A DNA stretch of 64,000 nt from a virus. The translations under genes were made by a program, and so were the position numbers. Below are positions 57,202 through 64,000 of this stretch, piece after piece (position 1 is the stretch's first letter; each line of letters opens with the position of its first letter). The DNA is taken from positions 32,001 to 96,000 of the IMG/VR virus record IMGVR_UViG_3300023278_002686; one strand, written 5' to 3'. The notes below the pieces were generated by a model that had not been told where the DNA came from, made no database searches, and was given only the letters and a program-made list of their open reading frames with translations.

Positions 57202-57944
57202 TGGCTTTAGTAACAGGATTAAATAATTATAATAGTTATTACTCAAACGCAGGTACTTTTAAGAATTCTCTTTATGCAATAAATATTTCAATAATTGAAC
57301 ATTTTGAAAATTTATTATTTGAAGGAGAAACTACTCGAATGGTGTATTCTTCTAATGAGTTTGCGTTAAGAGCCAGAGCCAAAACTCAACCAAATAATAA
57401 TCTTAATTTTCCATTTATGAATTTTAAATTAGGTCAAGGTGGATATTCTGATAGAAATGTTCCTAAAAGATGGTATAATAGAGCAGCAGAAGTAGAAGGT
57501 ATTTATTCTGATATATTACAGCAAAAAGTTAAATGTCTTCCAGTTATTTTTACATATGAATCTACATTATTTTTACATATGGATATCGATGCTCAATATG
57601 CAATGTATAAATTAAGTTTTGAAAACTCAATGGAAACATATATATCACCTAATCCAAGTTTAACTGTTGGAGATCATACTTTAGATTTAATTGGAATATT
57701 AGGATTTCCTAATCTTGAATGGAATCCTCAATATCAAGAATCAGAATGGCTAACTATGAATAAAATTCAAACAATTGCGCTGAATTTTACTATAGAATCA
57801 TTTTTAATAGATGTAAACGCAGATGTAACTATTACTGAGACTAGAGTATTAAATTTTATGACGAATCATGATTTGATTGTTGGAGATACTTATGATTCAA
57901 ATTACAATATTATTTTAGATGATTATTTTAGTGAAACTATTTAA
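57201..57944 (+). CDS. tail terminator/completion protein (T4 gp15-like)
   Basis: Immediately upstream of sheath; FPFMNF, LPVIFTYE, LNFTIESF. Confidence 0.55.
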   Translation: MALVTGLNNYNSYYSNAGTFKNSLYAINISIIEHFENLLFEGETTRMVYSSNEFALRARAKTQPNNNLNFPFMNFKLGQGGYSDRNVPKRWYNRAAEVEGIYSDILQQKVKCLPVIFTYESTLFLHMDIDAQYAMYKLSFENSMETYISPNPSLTVGDHTLDLIGILGFPNLEWNPQYQESEWLTMNKIQTIALNFTIESFLIDVNADVTITETRVLNFMTNHDLIVGDTYDSNYNIILDDYFSETI

Positions 57945-57990
57945 GAATTTTTTAACTATAATAATATAGAAAAGATTATAGGAGATTGAA

Positions 57991-59814
57991 ATGGGAAGTA
58001 CATGGAGAATTTCAACCGCATTTTTAGATAAATCTGTTGCTATAAAAGAAACGATAGGTAGTATAGGGGCATCCGTAATTAGAGCGGCTAAAGGACCTAC
58101 TACACCAATCAAAATATTTGCAGGTCAAGAACAAAGAATTATAGATATATTTGGTAAACCAAATGCAACTTATCCTGATGTATGGGATGCTATAGAATAT
58201 AATAAAAGTTATGATTTGTGGTTAGCAGCACCTGATAAAAGCGGAAAACATGGAGGAGTTTATGTAACTCCAACGGGAACTGAATCAATTCTTAGTGGAT
58301 TTTCTTCAATAAGTAGTGTTAGTTTTACAGCACTTCCAACAGAAGAAACATTAGGATCAGGTGATGGAAGTTCAACAACTTTTGCGATTACGTTAACAGA
58401 ATATGATGATTATGTAAATCAGTCAATAGATATTCAGGCAGATGGAACATCAATAACATTGGTTGCGACTGATGCGAATCCTGAAGTATTAACTTCTGTT
58501 GATGCGACTTACGCAGGAACAGGAACATATAATAGAACAACTGGACAATTAAGTTTTACCTTTGACACAGCTCCAGTAAGTGCGGTGGCTTTAACTGCAA
58601 ATTATAATATAAGTAGAGCTGATGATATTTATTTTGCATTATTTAATAATAATAGAGAAGCTGATGATTTAGCAATTCAAGTAACCTATGCAAATAGTTT
58701 ATTTACAATTGTCGTACAAAAAATAGACGCAGACGGAAATTATATTGCATTAGATGATTCACCTTATATTGTTTCTCTTACAGCTGGCTCAAAAGATGGA
58801 TTTGGTGCTTCAAATTATATTATGGATGTATTCGATGAACATGATCACATAACTCCAGTAATAAATACAGCTTTAACAGTATCAACTTTTGTAAATGATT
58901 CAGATGTAGTCTTAATGGTTGGTGGTTCAAGAGGATCAACTGTAACAATTACAGAATTAACAACTTCTTGGAATACATTTCAAGATGCTATTAATTATGA
59001 AGCAGATATATTCTTTGATTGTACGGCAACTAGTGGAGTAGCAACTTTATTTAATACGCTTAGAAATACATATCAAAAATATTCAATTTACTTATTACAT
59101 CTAGGAAATGTAACAGCTGCAAATGCGGTAAGTACAAAAGATGCTTTAAGTCTTAACAATAATGGTATATGTATATATTGGTCTTGGTTTAAAGTAACGG
59201 ATACGTATAATAATTCATTTTTCTATTCATCTTGTATGGGTAGAATAGCTTCTAAACATGGTGCAATGACGGACGTATATAATGGTTTAGCTCCAGCTTG
59301 GATTGATGAAAATGGACATGGTGGACAATTAGGTCCTGGAATAGAAAAACAAGTTAATTCTGCAACTGAAACTCAATTAGAACTTATGGATACTAATGAA
59401 ATAAATGGTGTTGTTATTTATCCTGGATACGGAGTACTAATTACATCTCATAAAACATCTCAAACTACATTAAGTGATTATTCTTATGTAGGACATATTA
59501 GATTAAGAGATTATTTAGTTAAAAATATAATTGACAATGCACTATACGCACAAATTACAAAACTTAATGATACAGAACATAGAAATGCTGTGAAAACAAA
59601 AGCAGATTTAATTTTAAGTGGACCATTATCATTAGGATTACTAAGAGAAGCAGATTCTAAATGTGATGATCAGAATAATAATGATGCTGCATTAGCACGA
59701 AGAGAATTTATTTTGGATGTAGCTGTGAAATTTACACCTTTTTCTGACAGAATTAGGTTCAACTTTATTAATGTTGGACAAAATGTATCAGTTTCAGAAA
59801 CATTAGGTAGTTAA
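57991..59814 (+). CDS. contractile tail sheath protein
   Basis: KGPT.P...IFGKP N-terminus; C-terminal EINGV..PGYG...KT..S..SYV..RL, CDDQNN, FILDVAVKFT. Confidence 0.9.
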   Translation: MGSTWRISTAFLDKSVAIKETIGSIGASVIRAAKGPTTPIKIFAGQEQRIIDIFGKPNATYPDVWDAIEYNKSYDLWLAAPDKSGKHGGVYVTPTGTESILSGFSSISSVSFTALPTEETLGSGDGSSTTFAITLTEYDDYVNQSIDIQADGTSITLVATDANPEVLTSVDATYAGTGTYNRTTGQLSFTFDTAPVSAVALTANYNISRADDIYFALFNNNREADDLAIQVTYANSLFTIVVQKIDADGNYIALDDSPYIVSLTAGSKDGFGASNYIMDVFDEHDHITPVINTALTVSTFVNDSDVVLMVGGSRGSTVTITELTTSWNTFQDAINYEADIFFDCTATSGVATLFNTLRNTYQKYSIYLLHLGNVTAANAVSTKDALSLNNNGICIYWSWFKVTDTYNNSFFYSSCMGRIASKHGAMTDVYNGLAPAWIDENGHGGQLGPGIEKQVNSATETQLELMDTNEINGVVIYPGYGVLITSHKTSQTTLSDYSYVGHIRLRDYLVKNIIDNALYAQITKLNDTEHRNAVKTKADLILSGPLSLGLLREADSKCDDQNNNDAALARREFILDVAVKFTPFSDRIRFNFINVGQNVSVSETLGS

Positions 59815-59831
59815 TATAAAGGAGATAAATA

Positions 59832-60356
59832 ATGGGAATTATAGATGATATATATAATCAAGGTGATGACGCATTACTTGATCAATTTGAAGTGAATGTA
59901 GCTCCTCTATCTGGTGTTATAGACTCTACTAATCTTAAGTTTAGAATACAGACTTTTGATGCTCCTGAAGATAGTCTAGGAAATTATGAAATTAAATATA
60001 AAGGAATTACGGTTCAAAAGTTTAATGGTGATGATACAACTCCTAAGACTCTTTCATTTACATTAAGAGTTAATAAAGATTATTCTATATACAAAAAGTT
60101 TAAAGATTGGATAGATCTTATTAAAAATCCAGATACAGGTAATGAAACTGCTGATATAATTCAAGGAGGAATTCCTGCTTGGAGAACAGATATGACATTT
60201 AACTCAATCGATGCAAGTGGAGCTCTAACTGGATTAGAAACAACGTATAATGGTTGTTGGCCTCAAAGTATTTCAAGTATAAGTTATGATCAAGGATCAG
60301 GTGAACCAGTTAATGTAACAATTACTTGTATGTATCTTAAAAAATTAACAAATTAA
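59832..60356 (+). CDS. tail tube protein
   Basis: Follows sheath; QFEV, FKDW, GCWPQSISSISYD, VTIT. Confidence 0.8.
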   Translation: MGIIDDIYNQGDDALLDQFEVNVAPLSGVIDSTNLKFRIQTFDAPEDSLGNYEIKYKGITVQKFNGDDTTPKTLSFTLRVNKDYSIYKKFKDWIDLIKNPDTGNETADIIQGGIPAWRTDMTFNSIDASGALTGLETTYNGCWPQSISSISYDQGSGEPVNVTITCMYLKKLTN

Positions 60357-60434
60357 TTAATCCTCCTTAATTAATATTTTTAGTCCTTTTGTACAACTAT
60401 ATTTATATAATAGTATGAAAGGACATTTTTTATT

Positions 60435-60968
60435 ATGGGTTTAATTGACGATGTATATAACTTAGGTGACGATGTTATAAATTATCAATTTGATATTTCA
60501 TTTTCTTTAATAGGTATTGTAATAGATGCCATAAATAGATTTCAACAACAACCTGTAGATAGTGATATAAATTTAAGAGTAAATACTTTTAACATTCCTG
60601 AAATAAGTGTTGGTAATAATACAATCAATTATCAAGGTTATCAAATGATAAAACCAAATGGATCTAGTCAGACTCCATATACATTTACATTTGATTTAAG
60701 AATAGATAAACAGTGGAATTATTATACATTATTTCAAACATGGGCTATGTTAGTTTATCGTCCATATATAGGATTATTTTCTCCAGATAAAGTTGGAGGA
60801 ATAGCACCTACTTTAAGAACAACTATAAGAGTAGAATCGAATGGAAAAGGTTGGAGTTTTTTAGGAGCATATCCTAGTACAGTAGGAGGAGTAGCATTTA
60901 GTAAATCAGATAATACTCCAATAGTTGTTCCTATCACAATGACTTTTGCTTCGATGATACCATTTTAA
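60435..60968 (+). CDS. tail tube paralog
   Basis: MGLIDDVYNLGDD vs MGIIDDIYNQGDD; GAYPSTVGGVAF. Confidence 0.75.
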   Translation: MGLIDDVYNLGDDVINYQFDISFSLIGIVIDAINRFQQQPVDSDINLRVNTFNIPEISVGNNTINYQGYQMIKPNGSSQTPYTFTFDLRIDKQWNYYTLFQTWAMLVYRPYIGLFSPDKVGGIAPTLRTTIRVESNGKGWSFLGAYPSTVGGVAFSKSDNTPIVVPITMTFASMIPF

Positions 60969-60977
60969 GGATTAATT

Positions 60978-61544
60978 ATGATAGATGAAGTTTTAAATCC
61001 ATTAATGTATGAACCTCTTCAAATTAAAAGTAGATGGAAATTTTCAGTTGAATTTCCAGTATATACATCAAAACATCCACAATTAAAAAATATAGAATAT
61101 TTAGTTAAAAGTATAAATCTTCCATTTGATAAAATTACAACAGAAACAAATGCTACTGGAGAAAAAATACCTTCAAAGTATGTATATCCTGAAAGCATTT
61201 CAATAGAAATATATGAAAATAAAGATTTTAATACATTAGTGTATTTTAAAGCATGGAAAGATGCTATATACGATCCAATAGAAAAAAGATTTAAAATAGG
61301 TGATGAGTTTCAAGATAGTGGTATAAGACAAGGAACACTAGAATTTTATGATGATCATATAGGTCCTAATTTTTCTAATTTATCTGAAATGGCTTTAAAA
61401 TCAAAACCGATAACTGTTCCCAATAAGAAATTTGAACTAATAAATATGAAGTTTTTAGGATTTGGTGATCTAAGTCTTTCTAAAGAAGAAAATGATTTTT
61501 TAACTTATACTTTAAATTTTTCTGTAGATCAAGTTAATTACTAG
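60978..61544 (+). CDS. tube-fold baseplate/tube initiator (gp54/gp48-like)
   Basis: KSINLP, ISIEIYE, FKAWKDAIYD, YTLNFSVD. Confidence 0.6.
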   Translation: MIDEVLNPLMYEPLQIKSRWKFSVEFPVYTSKHPQLKNIEYLVKSINLPFDKITTETNATGEKIPSKYVYPESISIEIYENKDFNTLVYFKAWKDAIYDPIEKRFKIGDEFQDSGIRQGTLEFYDDHIGPNFSNLSEMALKSKPITVPNKKFELINMKFLGFGDLSLSKEENDFLTYTLNFSVDQVNY

Positions 61545-61581
61545 ACTATATATATAAGAAAATATTTTAGGAGATTATATT

Positions 61582-62589
61582 ATGACTACAACTCAAATAA
61601 ATCAAAAAAAGATTACTATGGATAATCTTATTATAGACGATGATAAAAAACCTACAACTATTCCATCAGGACATATTTGTATTAAATTAGATTCTATAGG
61701 AAAATTAAATACACCTTTAGAATTACATTTTAGAAATTATAATATGGATGAATTATATGATTTAGCAGATACTAGTCAAGAAGCATATTTAGAAATATTA
61801 ATGAATTGTCTTAATAAAATGGTTTATGAAGATTTTGATTGTAAAAATTTACATGAAGAAGATCTTAAAAAAATTCTTTTTGGTATTTATGCAAAATGGT
61901 GGAGTAAAAAATTAGAAGGATATACTTATTATTATGATATTAACAAAATAGAACCAAAAGAAGGTGAAAATCGTAATGATGTAATAGGAGAAGCAATAAT
62001 TCCTATTAAAAATATTAAAACAAAACCTCTTGGAAAGAAAGTAAAAATACCTATTAATATAAAAATAGATAATAAAACTGTAAAATTTACATTACCTATT
62101 ATGGGTATGTTTATTGAAGCACAAAAATATTTATATGATTTATATGCTTTTGAAGAAAGATCTTTTTCAGATTTTAAACCTCAATATATAGAGTATACTA
62201 AATTAATGGAAGAGAAGAAATTTAAAGAAGCTCAATCATTAGATATTGATCATAAAGTTAGAGAAGAATATGAAAAATTCTATAATAAAAAAGCAGATAC
62301 TCTTTTTAGACTTATGGAAGCCCAGTTATTAGTTGGAATAAATGATGAGAATTATAATACAATAGAACAAAAACTTGAAGCTGTAAAAACAGTAGAAGGA
62401 CATTATTGGAAAGCTTTCAAAGAAGTAAAAGAAAAAAATTGTGAGTTTGGAATTAATCCAGAAGTAGAATTCATGTGTAATAAAGCAGAAAAATTAATTA
62501 AACGGAGGTTTCTTTTTCAATTCATGGATTTCATACCGACCGATCACGATCAAAACGTTACATCATATGATGTTTCTTTTGGAGATTAA
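61582..62589 (+). CDS. tail assembly chaperone / baseplate hub (gp26-like)
   Basis: Between tube genes and tape measure; LHEED...I, FGI...FMC...F.F..DF.P ending. Confidence 0.55.
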   Translation: MTTTQINQKKITMDNLIIDDDKKPTTIPSGHICIKLDSIGKLNTPLELHFRNYNMDELYDLADTSQEAYLEILMNCLNKMVYEDFDCKNLHEEDLKKILFGIYAKWWSKKLEGYTYYYDINKIEPKEGENRNDVIGEAIIPIKNIKTKPLGKKVKIPINIKIDNKTVKFTLPIMGMFIEAQKYLYDLYAFEERSFSDFKPQYIEYTKLMEEKKFKEAQSLDIDHKVREEYEKFYNKKADTLFRLMEAQLLVGINDENYNTIEQKLEAVKTVEGHYWKAFKEVKEKNCEFGINPEVEFMCNKAEKLIKRRFLFQFMDFIPTDHDQNVTSYDVSFGD

Positions 62590-62716
62590 TTTCCATTGGA
62601 GCGAAGAAGAAATTAGGAAGATGCCAGCAGATATAGTAAAGAAAAGAATAGAACAACTTATTGAACATAAAAAAGAACATCCAGAAGTATGTCCATTTAT
62701 GGCACCTAAAAAATAA
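62567..62716 (+). CDS. small tail-assembly ORF (gp51/T-like), possibly expressed by frameshift
   Basis: MMFLLEINFHWSEEEIRKMP...; overlaps the previous gene in the +1 frame, open from 62498, no SD. Confidence 0.6.
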   Translation: MMFLLEINFHWSEEEIRKMPADIVKKRIEQLIEHKKEHPEVCPFMAPKK

Positions 62717-62734
62717 AAAAAGGACTATATAATT

Positions 62735-64000
62735 ATGAGCGATATAGCAAAAATTCCAATGTTAAAACCCACTGTAAATGAAGGTGCTTATAGAAAAGAA
62801 GTACTCTCAATATTAGGTGATATTCATAGTTATGTAGCTGGAGGCTCTAATCAATTTGGAGGACAAACTACTCCAGCTCCTACACCTTCGTCCATGCCAA
62901 CTCAAGAATGGGATCAAAAACCTGAAGAAGAAAAAGTTGGTAAGAAAAATGATAAGAAAATGAAAGAATTCTTTAGAAAAATGGGTGATGGAGTTAAGAA
63001 TACATTTAAAGGATTAACAGATAATCCTGAATTAAAAAAACATGCTTCTAGAGCTATATTAGGACCACTTAGTTTGATATTGACACCTCTTAATCAAACA
63101 TTTGGGTTAAGTGGAAAATTTGGTAAATTATTTGGTGGCTTATTTAAAAAGAAAGATAAAAAAGATAAAAAGAAAAAAGATAATAAAGCTCTTCCTGACA
63201 AAAAGATTCCACCTAAAGAAAATATGATTAAAAAGTATGGAATTATAGGAGCTGTAGGTGTTTATCTAGGTAGAATATTAAAAGGTGATGATGATAATAA
63301 AAAGAAAGGAAAAGGGATTTTTAGTAATCTTCTTTCTAGTATCTTTGGAGGAGCGGCTGGAGCAGGAATGGCTGCTAAGATTGGTCCTATTTTAGGTAAA
63401 GTATTACCTATAGCTGGAATAATAGCAAGTCTTTTATGGGCTGTTATGGATGGTCTTGCTGGCATGAAAAAAGCTGAGGAATGGGGTGTTGGAAAATCAG
63501 ACGCATTCATTGGAGCTTTTTTAGGTGGTACTGGATCAGGTTGGAAAAATGCTTTTAAAAATGCTGGTAAATGGGCTTTAATGGGAGTTAGTGTTGGTTT
63601 CTTAGCAGGTGGTCCTGTAGGAGCTATCATAGGTGGTTTATTAGGAGCTGCTATTGGTGGTATTTTAGGATTTATTGGTGGAGAGAAAATAGCTAAATTT
63701 GTTAAAGGAGTAGGTGCTTTTTTTAAAAAAGCTATTGGAGCAGTTTGGAAAGGAATAAAAGGTATTGGAAGTTTATTTGGATGGATTGGTAAACGAATTT
63801 GGAAAGGATTAAAAGCAGCTACAAAATTTGTAGCTAAAGTTGGTTCTATGGTAGTTAATATAGTAAAACAACCTTTTCTTTGGATGTTTGATTTCTTTAA
63901 AGGATCTCCTGAAAAGAAAAAAGAAATGATAAAAGAATTAGGTAAAAATATAGGTAAGTTTGTAGGAGCTATATTTGATTTCATTATGAAACCAATTAAA
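62735..64000 (+). CDS. tape measure protein (3'-truncated by window edge; not in ORF track)
   Basis: ACTATA TAATT ATG at 62724; open to end; Gly/Ala-rich TM (GGPVGAIIGGLLGAAIGG) and W/F-periodic amphipathic helices. Confidence 0.82.
   Translation, partial: MSDIAKIPMLKPTVNEGAYRKEVLSILGDIHSYVAGGSNQFGGQTTPAPTPSSMPTQEWDQKPEEEKVGKKNDKKMKEFFRKMGDGVKNTFKGLTDNPELKKHASRAILGPLSLILTPLNQTFGLSGKFGKLFGGLFKKKDKKDKKKKDNKALPDKKIPPKENMIKKYGIIGAVGVYLGRILKGDDDNKKKGKGIFSNLLSSIFGGAAGAGMAAKIGPILGKVLPIAGIIASLLWAVMDGLAGMKKAEEWGVGKSDAFIGAFLGGTGSGWKNAFKNAGKWALMGVSVGFLAGGPVGAIIGGLLGAAIGGILGFIGGEKIAKFVKGVGAFFKKAIGAVWKGIKGIGSLFGWIGKRIWKGLKAATKFVAKVGSMVVNIVKQPFLWMFDFFKGSPEKKKEMIKELGKNIGKFVGAIFDFIMKPIK

Noticed and set aside
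4958-60937. Short ORFs nested in long genes (minus strand 4958, 5152, 15657, 24539, 25058, 29537, 57915, 60755; plus strand 41149)
   Set aside because: They overlap well-supported genes and have no recognisable motifs
63262-63984. 240 aa minus-strand ORF
   Set aside because: Antisense shadow of the Gly/Ala-rich tape measure gene on the + strand
1-64000. Stop-codon reassignment, suggested by the release-factor-like gene
   Set aside because: Conserved genes are full length under code 11, and TAA, TAG and TGA all end genes at tight junctions

Overview
A 64 kb segment of a very AT-rich (roughly 20-25% GC by eye) jumbo myophage genome. It uses the standard genetic code, is almost entirely coded on the + strand, and has T4-like gene content. 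In order: the 3' part of a Rad50/gp46 ATPase, an adenine methyltransferase, CCA-adding enzyme, peptide deformylase, large terminase, a candidate structured ncRNA, Mre11/gp47 nuclease, ThyX, M23 peptidase, and a vWA plus divergent PurA-like module. Next is a cytosine-hypermodification cluster (T4 beta-glucosyltransferase and dCMP hydroxymethylase homologs flanking a CofD/YvcK-HAD fusion, a methyltransferase, a nucleotidyltransferase and a dNMP kinase). A ~14 kb late-expressed glycan island follows (3 GT8, 2 GT29-like sialyltransferases, a KpsS-like transferase, pyruvyltransferase, 3 methyltransferases, NeuB). The rest holds a neck gene, a small anti-Shine-Dalgarno RNA candidate, an array of small proteins sharing an M[KR]ILxE leader (putative capsid-targeted internal proteins), and the contractile tail module up to the tape measure gene. 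Two promoter classes are visible: sigma70-like TTGAYA-N16/17-TATTAT, and a phage late motif ACTATA-N5-A that in six genes places +1 on the A of the ATG (leaderless mRNAs). No tRNA, rRNA or CRISPR array was seen. All family assignments come from motif recognition and recalled sequences, not database searches.
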